The translations under genes and the position numbers were made by a program. The notes below the pieces were generated by a model that made no database searches, was not told the DNA's origin, and saw only the letters and a list, made by a program, of their open reading frames with translations. Of a stretch of 37,588 nucleotides of DNA, positions 1 through 9,547 are shown one piece after another. Source of the DNA: a virus (taxonomy: Duplodnaviria; Caudoviricetes); the IMG/VR virus record IMGVR_UViG_3300032280_000155, positions 1-37,588 of that record, one strand, 5' to 3'. Positions within the stretch are counted from its first letter, which is position 1, and each line of letters starts with the position of its first letter.

Positions 1-123
1 TATTTTGCCCAATGCCTTATTGATAACACCTTTATTGAAATCAAACAGTACACGCTGGCGAGCGTTTTCAATGCTTGAGCCAATTAAAGGCAAGTTTTGT
101 GCAAATTCTTCAAGCGTTTTAAA
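1..123. repeat. Terminal overlap, identical to 37466-37588 (circular assembly)
   Basis: TATTTTGCCC...GCGTTTTAAA occurs at both window ends and an ORF reads through the join in frame. Confidence 0.97.
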
Positions 124-780
124 CTGACCGCCTAATGTTTGGCCTGTTGTTGGCGTAATGCCAAGGTCACGCATTGTCTTTTCTGCTTTGGAAACCAACG
201 GGTTTAGTACGCGCCCAGCACCGGCAACAACCTTCTGCCCGATAGGCCCAGTAACACCACCCAAAACAACTTGTTCTGTTTTTTGCCCACCAAAGTCGCC
301 TTCACCAACTACAGGTTGCATTGCACCGCCAACAGCACCCGCTGCTGCGGCTTGGCCTACCGTATTTGCACCTCTAGCGCGAGCCAATTGCCCAACTCGC
401 GTAGCCGGAACAATGCTAGCCGGATTCAAGATATTGCCAGCTAAACGCGCCGGATCAAAGCCTGACCCGCCTTGCGCTTGGCGCTGTGCTTGATAGGCTT
501 GTTCTTCCATCCGCGCCATTTCGTCAACTCGCTTGGCTTCTTCAGTAAAGAACTGGCTAACGGGGTTAGGAGCTATACCGCCCAAACTTGTTACGCCAGC
601 TAACGCACGGGGCAACAATTGTGCGCCGCCGGTTATAGGGTCTTTTAGCCCCATCATAAAACCTGAAGACGGAGGTGTAGCTTGTGGGGCGCTTCCGGCA
701 ATAGCTTGCTCTATTTGAGCATCAGACATTCCATCAGGAAACTCAACTACATCTTTTCCAACTTGAACATAAGTAGGCAT
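1..780 (-). CDS. Internal virion / DNA ejection protein, 5' part (continues at 37465-36584; about 553 aa in total)
   Basis: ATG at 780 (MPTYVQVGKDVVEFPDGMSDAQIEQAI...) is open to position 1 and in frame with ORF 36584-37558; Gly/Ala/Gln-rich; third gene after the tail genes. Confidence 0.8.
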   Translation of the reverse strand, partial: MPTYVQVGKDVVEFPDGMSDAQIEQAIAGSAPQATPPSSGFMMGLKDPITGGAQLLPRALAGVTSLGGIAPNPVSQFFTEEAKRVDEMARMEEQAYQAQRQAQGGSGFDPARLAGNILNPASIVPATRVGQLARARGANTVGQAAAAGAVGGAMQPVVGEGDFGGQKTEQVVLGGVTGPIGQKVVAGAGRVLNPLVSKAEKTMRDLGITPTTGQTLGGQFKTLEEFAQNLPLIGSSIENARQRVLFDFNKGVINKALGKI

Positions 781-781
781 A

Positions 782-2029
782 TTACTCTCCAGTTACTGTT
801 TCAAGTTTGCGCGTTTGAGGGTTCCATCGTTTTGTTGGCGTTTGAGCCGGAGGTGTAATAGGGGCAATTGGCAACTTAGTCCCGCCTTCAGCCGCTTGGG
901 TTTGCAGACTCAAGCGCTTAATGTTGTTTTGCACTTTCTTTTCTGCGCTGATAAGAATGCGTTTTATAGCCTCTGGCTCAAGACGCTGATCGCCAGCAAC
1001 CACTTTTTGCAAGTACTTAAGTTCTTCGTTAGAGTCGTTACCGCCAAACTGCACTAGCCTAGGAATGACAATCTCGCCAATGTTGGCTAAGAAAACCTCG
1101 GTATTCTGTACCTTTTTCGGGTCACCCACGCCAACAAATTTAGCTAAAAACTGTTTTTCTGGACCATACGCGCCACCATAAATGCCTTGATTCAATATGG
1201 TTAGAGCGTCTTTATAAGCGGTTTGCAAATTATATTGTTGTTCAATGTTAGCTACGTTTGTACCAATTATTCCACCAGCTTTTTTAGCCGCTTCACCAGT
1301 ATCAACAGTGATACCGCCAATTATTACGTTGCCAGTGCCTTTAGCCGCGCCTTTAGTTTTACCCGTGACGTATTCAAGCATTCGGTTTTGGAACGGTTCA
1401 GTGCCAGGTGTTAAACCGGCGTCAATAAGCTCTTGTGCAAAAGCCGAAAACTTATCAGGCTTTGAGCCTTCATAAATTGGCTGTCCCGTTGATTTAGAAA
1501 CCAAAGCATTGCCAACAACAACAACATCATCTTTGGTTTTTTCCAACAACTCTAGCTGGCTAACGTCGCCGCTTTGGCGATATACAGCTAAACTTGCTGG
1601 CGTGTACTTTCCTGTGCGAACAAGTTGTTCAAACGGATCAGCCGCTTGGCGTTCTCTTTGGGCTTTAGATATTTCTGCGCGAGTCTTTGCTTGGTTTAGA
1701 TATATTTGTTGCAATTGCATTGCGCCTTGGCTATCACCAGATTGTGATAACTCAACAATAGCCCGTTTGACAGACTCATCGTCGTTGTAGTCAATCTGCC
1801 CCGCTATTTGCTGTCGCCTTGTAATCCTTTGCAACTCAGGGTCTTGTCCACCTAAAGCACCGCCAATAGCACCGCCAAGCATGTTAGCTCCACGGCCGAT
1901 AGAGTAATTGGCTTGTTGGAAAGGGTCGAGCTTGGCGTATTGCAAAGCCTGTGCATCGGCTTGTTGCTGTTGGGCTTGACGATAGGACTCTGGCGTTACG
2001 CCAAATAAGGTGTTAACGATTTCAGCCAT
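782..2029 (-). CDS. Internal virion / DNA ejection protein
   Basis: Likely start MAEIVNTLF at 2029, just after the upstream stop; Gln/Ala/Gly-rich helical N-terminus; position typical of podovirus core proteins. Confidence 0.7.
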   Translation of the reverse strand: MAEIVNTLFGVTPESYRQAQQQQADAQALQYAKLDPFQQANYSIGRGANMLGGAIGGALGGQDPELQRITRRQQIAGQIDYNDDESVKRAIVELSQSGDSQGAMQLQQIYLNQAKTRAEISKAQRERQAADPFEQLVRTGKYTPASLAVYRQSGDVSQLELLEKTKDDVVVVGNALVSKSTGQPIYEGSKPDKFSAFAQELIDAGLTPGTEPFQNRMLEYVTGKTKGAAKGTGNVIIGGITVDTGEAAKKAGGIIGTNVANIEQQYNLQTAYKDALTILNQGIYGGAYGPEKQFLAKFVGVGDPKKVQNTEVFLANIGEIVIPRLVQFGGNDSNEELKYLQKVVAGDQRLEPEAIKRILISAEKKVQNNIKRLSLQTQAAEGGTKLPIAPITPPAQTPTKRWNPQTRKLETVTGE

Positions 2030-2030
2030 G

Positions 2031-3065
2031 TTAGTACTGTCCTTCACCAAATGTAGCGCTACCGCCGCCAAATGCGCCATAGTTGTAGTTAGGTCTGCCA
2101 AATAAGTTGCCAATACCTTGCTGGAAGGCCGGATTCTGGCTTGCTTGTGTCAGGGCAGTAGCAAATGGGTTGTAGGCATTAGCTGCGCCCATTGTTTGCG
2201 CCGCACCCATGCCACCACCATACAAATATTGACCGCCACTTGGATTAGCTACTTTTGCGCCTATGCCTGACCCAATATCCAAAGACTGCAGACCAAGTGC
2301 TTCAAGCTGTTTCATTTGATTTAGATAAGCCTCGTATGGGCTAAGAGCCGCCGCTTGACCTTGATAACCTTGAGTCATTAGATTGCCGCCAGTGCCTAGC
2401 AAACCAGCGCCAAACCGAGCCTGATCCATACCACCCTGAGTAGCTTGAGCAGCTAGTTGAGCATCTTGTTGGGCTATTGCGTTGTAATAGGCTTCTAGTT
2501 CAGGACTAGCAGCACCTAGACCACCTGCACCGCTAGGACGAGCGCCCGTAGCACCTACAGACAAACCACCTCGACCAGTGTTAAACAAACGGGTTTGCAG
2601 TTGCGCCATTTCTCGCTCACGGCTTGGGGCTAGCAACTCTTGTTGACTTGCCATGTAGCGCTGTGCAGCTTGTTGTGGTGACTCAGCTAGGTATTGATTG
2701 CCAAGGCCAAACAAACCTTGAGCGCCTTGTTGCAATGGTGCAAACTGTTGTTGAGCCTGTTCTGCTTGAGAAAGACCGCCACCAGCCAACCCCATAAACC
2801 TGTCTTGATAAGCACGAAGGGCGGGGTCTAGTTGGTAACCAGCACCGATAACCCGACCATTTGCATCAGTCTGAAAATTAGATTGACCAAAGCGTGTCGT
2901 AATTCCGACAGGGCGAAAGCGCGATTCTTCCGCAGCTATTCGTGCTGCATCTCGCTGTGCGTCTGCTTGTGTACGAGCTGCGCGTTCAGCGGATTTACCT
3001 TGCAAAAATCCACCAAGTAAACTAGCACCTGCTGATGCAATCATTGCTGGCATATCAATCTCCAA
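2031..3065 (-). CDS. Internal virion / DNA ejection (pilot-like) protein
   Basis: Hydrophobic Gly/Ala N-terminus (ASAGASLLGGFL) followed by Gln/Ala/Gly-rich sequence; synteny. Confidence 0.7.
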   Translation of the reverse strand: MEIDMPAMIASAGASLLGGFLQGKSAERAARTQADAQRDAARIAAEESRFRPVGITTRFGQSNFQTDANGRVIGAGYQLDPALRAYQDRFMGLAGGGLSQAEQAQQQFAPLQQGAQGLFGLGNQYLAESPQQAAQRYMASQQELLAPSREREMAQLQTRLFNTGRGGLSVGATGARPSGAGGLGAASPELEAYYNAIAQQDAQLAAQATQGGMDQARFGAGLLGTGGNLMTQGYQGQAAALSPYEAYLNQMKQLEALGLQSLDIGSGIGAKVANPSGGQYLYGGGMGAAQTMGAANAYNPFATALTQASQNPAFQQGIGNLFGRPNYNYGAFGGGSATFGEGQY

Positions 3066-3363
3066 TCAAAATTTTGTCCACTTTTGACGGGTCTTTTTCG
3101 TCAGTGGCGTGTATACAAAACCAAACGCAATCCGTAATTGCTTTAACTCCATGCGTCAATCCAGCTTTAATTTCAATGCAAGCCGGTGCTTCAATAACTT
3201 CTATTTGTTCACCCTTCATTACCGCAACTTTACCTTGGGCAAGAATCGACAAATGGCTAAAGCTGTGCGTATGCTTTAGGATAGCTTCGCCTGCGTTAAA
3301 CCGCATTTCTTTGGCATACAAACCATCGCTAAAGTGGTGCTTAATCATGCTGTGCGTTTCCAC
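3055..3363 (-). CDS. Cupin-fold protein
   Basis: HTH-x3-H motif (KHTHSFSHLS) and a distal His (GLTHGV) in a 102-aa beta-rich ORF. Confidence 0.7.
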   Translation of the reverse strand: METHSMIKHHFSDGLYAKEMRFNAGEAILKHTHSFSHLSILAQGKVAVMKGEQIEVIEAPACIEIKAGLTHGVKAITDCVWFCIHATDEKDPSKVDKILIGD

Positions 3364-4040
3364 AAATAAACTGTAATGTAAGGCTGATAGTTAGCGTTTG
3401 TACCGCTGGAACCTGTAGAGTCAGTGGTACCTGATATACCATGAGTGTGATCACCAATTGTTGATGTGGTAACTGAATTTGTTTGCGTGGCTGAGGAACT
3501 GTCAAAACTATTTCCATCACCAGTTACACTATTTGTACCACTGACAGTGTGATTGTGTGATCCGCTACCGGCTGTTGTTGCGCTAAAACTATGGGTGTGA
3601 CTTACCACAACCGCATTAGCGCTACCACCAGTTTCTTCGGCAGTGTCAAATAAAGCGTTGCCAGAGTCAAAGCCGACCATGACTCGGCCAGCACCAAAGG
3701 CTGTCCAAGTACCAAAGCCTAGCAAAGTGCCAGGGTTTGTTGCGTTTGTTGCGTTAGTGTAGATTGAGCCTACTGGGAAAAGTGCAGCTTTAACCGCTGT
3801 AATTGCAGCATCTATATAAGCAGTGGTAGCAATTTGAGTGCTGTTATTACCTGCTGAAGCAGTTGGCGCAGCGGGTGTTCCAGTAAAAGTGGGGCTAGCC
3901 AAGTCAGCCTTAGTTGCAACGGCTACAGCAATGTTGACAAACTCAGTGTTAATCTCCGTACCTTTGACAATCTTTAGCGGATCGCCAGAAGTAAGTGCGT
4001 CTTTAGTAGCGAAATTCGTGCTCTGTACATAATTACTCAA
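3345..4040 (-). CDS. Short tail fibre/spike with T4 gp10-C-like domain
   Basis: FPVGSIY...NPGTLLGFGTW...GRVMVG, HxH repeats and QPYITVYLWKRTA terminus; TTG start with AAGGGG RBS. Confidence 0.75.
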   Translation of the reverse strand: MSNYVQSTNFATKDALTSGDPLKIVKGTEINTEFVNIAVAVATKADLASPTFTGTPAAPTASAGNNSTQIATTAYIDAAITAVKAALFPVGSIYTNATNATNPGTLLGFGTWTAFGAGRVMVGFDSGNALFDTAEETGGSANAVVVSHTHSFSATTAGSGSHNHTVSGTNSVTGDGNSFDSSSATQTNSVTTSTIGDHTHGISGTTDSTGSSGTNANYQPYITVYLWKRTA

Positions 4041-4055
4041 GATATTCCCCTTGTT

Positions 4056-5615
4056 TTATACCGTTTTGCCGTCTTTTGACTGAATTTCAATGCGTTGAAT
4101 CGATAACGGTGTACCGTTGATATTTGATTCATAACCTGTTTGGACTATTTTACCGCTACCTGAAGCTGGTACGCTTAAAACTTGTAAAGCAACCCCGTTA
4201 GCGTATTCAGCAATTACCGTAGCATTAGCGCCATACTCTGCAAGTCCGTACTCGGCAACCTTTTGAGTCGGGATTTTGGCGTTTGTTGACAAATAATTAG
4301 TGCTAAAGTCAAAACCCCACTTGATCGTTACAAACTGGTTTGTGCCGCCAATCACAATTACTTTCAACCGCTTAAGCAGCGAAGTAATGTTGGCATTGCC
4401 CAGATCAGCGTGGTTGGTAAAGTACATCAACCGATACGATGAGGTGTCATCTTGAGCGCCGGTGTACTTAGCTACATAGCCTGTTTTGCCTAGCAGTAGA
4501 TCGCCATTACGCCTTGACAGTAAGCATGATGGTTGTATTGAGTCCCAAGTGGTAACTCTGAACGAACCGTCTTGTAGTTGTCCACGGGTATCAAAACAAT
4601 AAACTTCTCTCACGGTAGGCAAAGTTACCAAATAAAACGCTTCTGTTTCAGAGTAAACGGTTTTAATGTTTGCCAATGTTTCACCGGAAACAATGTTCAT
4701 GAAGTCACTACGTACATTCTTTGACAAATCGCCAATAGGTACAGACTTTTCAATTACAGTGCGAGCAAATGACCTTACACCGGAGTTAGACAAAAATAAG
4801 ACATCCTTGCCAGTGGATTGAATAGAGTCTCTTGCAATACAGCCAATCCCCGCCACCGTGTCTGCCAGTGTTATTGTTGATGGTGTATTTGCACCAGAAT
4901 AGACAAGAATCTGACGCTGACCAAAGATAATCAGGAAGTTGTTGTGCGCTGCCAATCCGGTAATGTTGTCCGCACCGTTAGGCCATACCTGATTGATGTT
5001 TAATGAACCCGAACTGCCACCCGTCCAAATGTGACCGGATAACAAATCAGAGAAAAAGACCGTGGTATTGTCAGATGCCGTGTCAGACACCCATAAACGG
5101 CCATAGGCGCTGATTACGATGTTGCCAGAAGGAACAGTACCGGCGTACCCCGTTTTTTCGCTTACGCGCCTATAAGTCGTTGTACTCACAGCAGGGTCAA
5201 AGATCAGTGGATCATGTCCGGCTTGAAAGAAATAAGTAATGCCGTTAAGCGAAGCGCATGCCCAATTGCTAGCCGTGATGGTAGGAGCACTACCCCCACC
5301 CCCATAGGTCAATTCGCTTACAGCATTACTGCCATCCAGCTTAAACAGTTTGTTGTTACCGGCAAAGAGGATTGTCAGAGTGCCGTCAGTCTGCACTAGC
5401 TCATGGATAACCCCAGGTGCGTTTGCACCCAAAGCACCAGACGATGCGTTAACCCTTGCCCATCCCTTACGGGAACCAATGCGTCCAAACTGGTCGATTA
5501 CGCAATTAGTAGCAACCAGCGCAAAGCCAGCCGCCAAATCTAAAGGCGAATCCTGAGTATTTAGGCCAAAGAATCCAGGCGCTGAAATACTGACAGTTTG
5601 GATAGTTTGGCTCAT
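4056..5615 (-). CDS. Tail nozzle / stabilisation protein (tail tubular protein B-like)
   Basis: 519 aa, beta-propeller-like composition, GFFGLNT N-terminal motif, follows the adaptor gene. Confidence 0.75.
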   Translation of the reverse strand: MSQTIQTVSISAPGFFGLNTQDSPLDLAAGFALVATNCVIDQFGRIGSRKGWARVNASSGALGANAPGVIHELVQTDGTLTILFAGNNKLFKLDGSNAVSELTYGGGGSAPTITASNWACASLNGITYFFQAGHDPLIFDPAVSTTTYRRVSEKTGYAGTVPSGNIVISAYGRLWVSDTASDNTTVFFSDLLSGHIWTGGSSGSLNINQVWPNGADNITGLAAHNNFLIIFGQRQILVYSGANTPSTITLADTVAGIGCIARDSIQSTGKDVLFLSNSGVRSFARTVIEKSVPIGDLSKNVRSDFMNIVSGETLANIKTVYSETEAFYLVTLPTVREVYCFDTRGQLQDGSFRVTTWDSIQPSCLLSRRNGDLLLGKTGYVAKYTGAQDDTSSYRLMYFTNHADLGNANITSLLKRLKVIVIGGTNQFVTIKWGFDFSTNYLSTNAKIPTQKVAEYGLAEYGANATVIAEYANGVALQVLSVPASGSGKIVQTGYESNINGTPLSIQRIEIQSKDGKTV

Positions 5616-6262
5616 GTTGCAACAAACTCTTGGCTTTCTGGATAGCGAGTGCCCTCCAATGCAATTTGATCAGACAACATGCCGCGATAAAGCCGATATG
5701 CCTCAGACGAACTCAAACCACCATCTTCACCGCGCTCCACCAGCGCACGGGCGTAGGCGTTTTGTACAACAAGGAAGTCAGGAACAAGCACAGATGTGCC
5801 GTCCGCAGTCAATGTGTCTTGGGGTACGGTTACTGAAAACGGAAGGTTGTAGACCCCATCAGGGCGGGGAAATACAACTACCTTGGTATCGCCATTACCG
5901 TCAACCCCATCAAATGAGTAGTAGTAAGGGATACCGTTTGTAGTCGGAGGGTTAAAATTCTGATAGCGGTTCATGTCCACAAAACTAATGTTTTGCAGAC
6001 GGATATTTGATGTGGTGTTAATGGCGTCTTGGACTTGGAACTTCTGTCCAGCGCCGGTCATGGAATAAATGTAAGTGCTAGCTACCGTAGAAATCGTGAT
6101 GGTTTGACCAAGCACATTCCAGCCAAAAGCATCTTCAATCTCGCGTTTAGCATCGTTGACAAACAAGCCAATCAAAGACGAGTACGAAGTTTCGTTGCTA
6201 GTCGAAACCTGAGTCTCGCGCAAACGAACAAGTACGTTATTAATAAGCTGAAGGTAAGTCAT
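5612..6262 (-). CDS. Head-tail adaptor (tail tubular protein A-like)
   Basis: MTYLQLINNVLVRLRE N-terminus, FPRPDGVY motif, size and synteny. Confidence 0.75.
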   Translation of the reverse strand: MTYLQLINNVLVRLRETQVSTSNETSYSSLIGLFVNDAKREIEDAFGWNVLGQTITISTVASTYIYSMTGAGQKFQVQDAINTTSNIRLQNISFVDMNRYQNFNPPTTNGIPYYYSFDGVDGNGDTKVVVFPRPDGVYNLPFSVTVPQDTLTADGTSVLVPDFLVVQNAYARALVERGEDGGLSSSEAYRLYRGMLSDQIALEGTRYPESQEFVAT

Positions 6263-6555
6263 TTGCTTTTGTTCCTTGCTGAGATCGCTTTGGCCTTAGA
6301 TTTAGCATCCTCTTTGGACGATGCGCCCCATGCCTTAAGACTTAGCAGCAAGCGAGTGGGCTTACCGTCCTTCATCTCTGGGCCAGGCATATTGCCCATC
6401 CGTGCGAGAAAGGAGGCCCGTCTAGGGTTGTCGCCACTCTTTACTGGTGCTTTTAGATTGCCACCAGTTTCAGCATTGTACGCCGCCCTGCCCTTAGAGT
6501 TCAAGCCACCCTTGGCATTTTGTCCTTCTTTTCGGGCATAAGCGGGAGTTTTCAT
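6259..6555 (-). CDS. Basic phage protein (DUF6321-like)
   Basis: RKEGQNAKGGLNSKGRAAYN...RRASFLARM motif; coupled to neighbouring genes. Confidence 0.6.
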   Translation of the reverse strand: MKTPAYARKEGQNAKGGLNSKGRAAYNAETGGNLKAPVKSGDNPRRASFLARMGNMPGPEMKDGKPTRLLLSLKAWGASSKEDAKSKAKAISARNKSK

Positions 6556-6704
6556 TTCTTTTTCTTCTTTGCTGTTTTAGCAGAGTTAATAAAGTCTTGT
6601 TTAGTTGGTGCGTTCTTAGAACCAACCTTGTTCATCTTTTCGCCAGAGCCAGCTTTTATACGGGCTTGTTTGGCGTTAATCGCCGCATAGAGACCTTGTT
6701 TCAT
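6552..6704 (-). CDS. Small basic protein, 50 aa (not in ORF track)
   Basis: MKQGLYAAINAKQARIKAGSGEKMNKVGSKNAPTKQDFINSAKTAKKKKK; ATGA overlaps at both ends. Confidence 0.8.
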   Translation of the reverse strand: MKQGLYAAINAKQARIKAGSGEKMNKVGSKNAPTKQDFINSAKTAKKKKK

Positions 6705-7018
6705 ATCAATTCCGTTACAGAAAATGTTGAAGAAGTTACTGCTGCATCTTTAATAACGGCAATCTTTTGGCCAGGAGTAACCCGAATAATCTCAGAAAAG
6801 TTATTGGGCATCATGGGTGATGTTGTAATGCTAGCCGTTGGGTTAGTGCCAATTGCAAAATGGCAATGTCCCAATGAACAAGATACGCGAACCATTGTGG
6901 TATTTGCGCCAAAAGCCGTAGACTGAACACTGGAGTTAGTAACTGTAAAGACTTGCGTTACACCTAAAGAAGCAACGCCAAGGGCTACTTGGTTAGGGTC
7001 AAGTTGAAAAGTAGACAT
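6701..7018 (-). CDS. Hypothetical virion-associated protein
   Basis: 105-aa beta-rich ORF translationally coupled within the head/tail operon. Confidence 0.7.
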   Translation of the reverse strand: MSTFQLDPNQVALGVASLGVTQVFTVTNSSVQSTAFGANTTMVRVSCSLGHCHFAIGTNPTASITTSPMMPNNFSEIIRVTPGQKIAVIKDAAVTSSTFSVTELI

Positions 7019-7167
7019 TATTTGCCTCGCTTGGCTTTGTTTGTTGCAGTGCGTTGACCGCGAACAGGCAATGACTTAACAGGCTTGCCCGTTTTCATTG
7101 ATTGCTCTTTAGCCTCTTTTTTGCCTTTAGCTGTGTAGGCAAATTCTTTTGTTCCGACCATTGGCAT
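7018..7167 (-). CDS. Small basic protein, 49 aa (not in ORF track)
   Basis: MPMVGTKEFAYTAKGKKEAKEQSMKTGKPVKSLPVRGQRTATNKAKRGK; AAGGAG RBS; TAATG overlap. Confidence 0.75.
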   Translation of the reverse strand: MPMVGTKEFAYTAKGKKEAKEQSMKTGKPVKSLPVRGQRTATNKAKRGK

Positions 7168-7182
7168 GATGTGCTCCTTAAA

Positions 7183-7371
7183 TTACTTTTCTTTAGGGGG
7201 ACGACCCATTTTCTTTGCCGGTGCAACCATTGGCAAAGGTTTGACTTCAGGCTCAACCTTTTCGGTTTCATCCACACGTTCATAACCTTGATGTCCGCGC
7301 ATTGTTTCAATGTCATGCAAAAGGGTGAAGGTTACAGTGTTGCCAGATTGCAAGCAGCGAAAAGTTGCCAT
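7183..7371 (-). CDS. Hypothetical protein with C-terminal KKMGRPPK motif
   Basis: GGAG RBS; 62-aa ORF in the operon. Confidence 0.7.
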   Translation of the reverse strand: MATFRCLQSGNTVTFTLLHDIETMRGHQGYERVDETEKVEPEVKPLPMVAPAKKMGRPPKEK

Positions 7372-7380
7372 AAAAACTCC

Positions 7381-7405
7381 AAAAAAGGGGGTTATTAGCC
7401 CCCTT
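7381..7405 (-). terminator. Intrinsic terminator after capsid/decoration genes
   Basis: AAGGGGG-CTAATAA-CCCCCTTTTTT on the minus strand. Confidence 0.7.
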
Positions 7406-7409
7406 GTCC

Positions 7410-7736
7410 TTAGATTACAGCACGAGCAATTATCAATTGCAAAGTTGTAGATGCCAAGTCAACAGCGGAAGCCGTTGGGTTGTAGGTAACGATAGTAACT
7501 GTGTTAGCAGCAGAGACATAAGCGCGGCGAACCAAGCCAGCCTCGCTTACACCAACTGCCATACCAAGTACCATATCACCTAGTGCTACGCCTGGAACTG
7601 TTACTGTATCCGTATCTGTAGCGGTAGTAGCTACAGATGCGCTATTCAGAGTACAAGTAACATCCCAAGTATCTGTAAACAGACCTCGGAACTGGTCATT
7701 ACCACGGCGGGATGTGATTGCGGTTGCAGCAGCCAT
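7410..7736 (-). CDS. Capsid decoration-like protein
   Basis: 108 aa, Thr/Ala/Val-rich, directly after the major capsid gene; TAAGGAG RBS. Confidence 0.6.
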   Translation of the reverse strand: MAAATAITSRRGNDQFRGLFTDTWDVTCTLNSASVATTATDTDTVTVPGVALGDMVLGMAVGVSEAGLVRRAYVSAANTVTIVTYNPTASAVDLASTTLQLIIARAVI

Positions 7737-7784
7737 TTTTTAACTCCTTAAAAGTAATACCCCCCATTTCTGGGGGGATTGGGT

Positions 7785-8726
7785 TTAGGCTGGCACTACG
7801 AGTGCAAACAACGATGCGGAACGAGCAGCACCGACAGTAGCTGCACTACGCAAAAGCGCAGTACCGTACAGTGTGTCAGAGGTAAACAGTGTAGACAGGT
7901 GTTCCTGTTTGTACTGAACCTGTGAGCGAACGCCCATTTGCTCAACCAGAACCATAGAGTCACGATGACCCATCAAGCACACACGGGCTGCGTTGCTACC
8001 AGAGGTGGTATCGGCATTGGTAGTGGTAAAGACAGGGATACCGTACAGGTTGCCGATTTCGCCATTGCGGATTGCATTGCCATTACCCACAAAAGCCTGC
8101 TCGGTGTAACGGGCAAGACCCATCAGCGTGTTACGGCTAGAAGGTGGGATGACAAAGAAACGGTTGTCCATTGCAGTGTCGTTATCGTCCAAACGCTGAA
8201 TGGTGCGGCGAATGGCAGAGTCGGTCAAAGCTGACTCATTGTTGCTAGCAGCAACATAAGCAGTTGTACCGTCACCACCAACAAAAGCACCAGTAGCGTA
8301 GGCGTTAGTACCAGCACCACCGTTAGACGAACGGCCCAATTGAATCAGGTCAGTGTCAACAGCGCGGCCCAATGCGTAACCAGCATCAGAAGTGTAGAAC
8401 TGGCGCATAGAGGCCAGAGCTTGCACTTCAGTGATGTCCTCAATAAAGCGTGAGTACTCAAAGTGACGGTTAATCGACACTGTGACTTCAGGCTCAGTTG
8501 CGGCAATCAAAGTGACTGCGGTTTCAGCAACTTTCAGCGAAGCAGAGCCACGGGTAGGCGCTGGGATGTGAATGGTGTCGCCCTTTTTGCCCTTGAAGTT
8601 CATTTTCATAACAAGGTTTGCCATCACAAGATTTTTCTTGTAAGCAGCAATGATCTCATCAGACCAAATTTCAGGGATGAATACGTTTCCAGTAGTATTC
8701 GTTACTGCGGGGGTAGGATATGCCAT
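7785..8726 (-). CDS. Major capsid protein (HK97 fold)
   Basis: FIPEIWSDEI, KGKKGDTIHIP and GEIGNLYGIPV motifs; follows the scaffold; strong RBS. Confidence 0.9.
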   Translation of the reverse strand: MAYPTPAVTNTTGNVFIPEIWSDEIIAAYKKNLVMANLVMKMNFKGKKGDTIHIPAPTRGSASLKVAETAVTLIAATEPEVTVSINRHFEYSRFIEDITEVQALASMRQFYTSDAGYALGRAVDTDLIQLGRSSNGGAGTNAYATGAFVGGDGTTAYVAASNNESALTDSAIRRTIQRLDDNDTAMDNRFFVIPPSSRNTLMGLARYTEQAFVGNGNAIRNGEIGNLYGIPVFTTTNADTTSGSNAARVCLMGHRDSMVLVEQMGVRSQVQYKQEHLSTLFTSDTLYGTALLRSAATVGAARSASLFALVVPA

Positions 8727-8766
8727 GTTAATTCTCCAAAAAAGTTAAATTATCGTACACGTTTTG

Positions 8767-9498
8767 TTATCGGACCCTTCCTTCGCTATAGGCCAAAAGA
8801 ATTTCATCATTAAGTGCCTCGTACCGCGAAGGATCAGTCATTTTGAGACGAATAAGGTCAGCCCTTCGATAAACCCTTTTTGAACTCTCACCAGAGCCAC
8901 CAACATCAACTTGCACTGCTTTCATAGTCTTGTCTCGGGCGGCAGTATTTGCCTTCTCCGATTCCTTAACTTTGATACCGCGCAATTCTTTGTAAGTAGA
9001 CAACAATTCATTAGCCGAATCATAGTCAAATTCACCATCTGCTTTTGCATAAAGTCCCAAGCGAATAGGTGAAGATTTCACCCAATCTTGAAACCCAGTA
9101 TCGTTAACTACTTGAGCGTAGTCAGGATGCTCTGCGTTAAGTTTTTGTTGAATCTGCATCTTTTTGAAATCGAGACCCGCTTGTCGGGCTGCGAGAACAT
9201 CAGGATGTTTATCAATCGTTGCTTGAACTGCCTTTTGAGGATTCTCAAAAAAGTCAACTTCCGGTTCTGTTTCTACTTGTTGCTGTTTAGAACTGAGGTT
9301 TTGTTTGATTAGCTCGTCAGCGAGTTTGCGTACTTCACCCACTTCTTGGGCTTGCTTACCAATTAGCTTTTCAGCTTCTTGATGCATGCGTACAACTTCT
9401 TCCAAAGTTTTTTCCCTGTATTTATCAGGAAGTTCAGAAGATTTCTTCTCCTCGATTTCAAGTTCACCTAACTGCTCTTGTTCGTTATTAATCAACAT
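8767..9498 (-). CDS. Capsid scaffolding protein
   Basis: Acidic coiled-coil, LPDKY..K motif, C-terminal AYSEGRVR; immediately upstream of the capsid gene. Confidence 0.8.
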   Translation of the reverse strand: MLINNEQEQLGELEIEEKKSSELPDKYREKTLEEVVRMHQEAEKLIGKQAQEVGEVRKLADELIKQNLSSKQQQVETEPEVDFFENPQKAVQATIDKHPDVLAARQAGLDFKKMQIQQKLNAEHPDYAQVVNDTGFQDWVKSSPIRLGLYAKADGEFDYDSANELLSTYKELRGIKVKESEKANTAARDKTMKAVQVDVGGSGESSKRVYRRADLIRLKMTDPSRYEALNDEILLAYSEGRVR

Positions 9499-9547
9499 AA
9501 TGTGTTCCTGCCAAAACGGTTGTAGGATAATTCAACTCGGCTTACGC

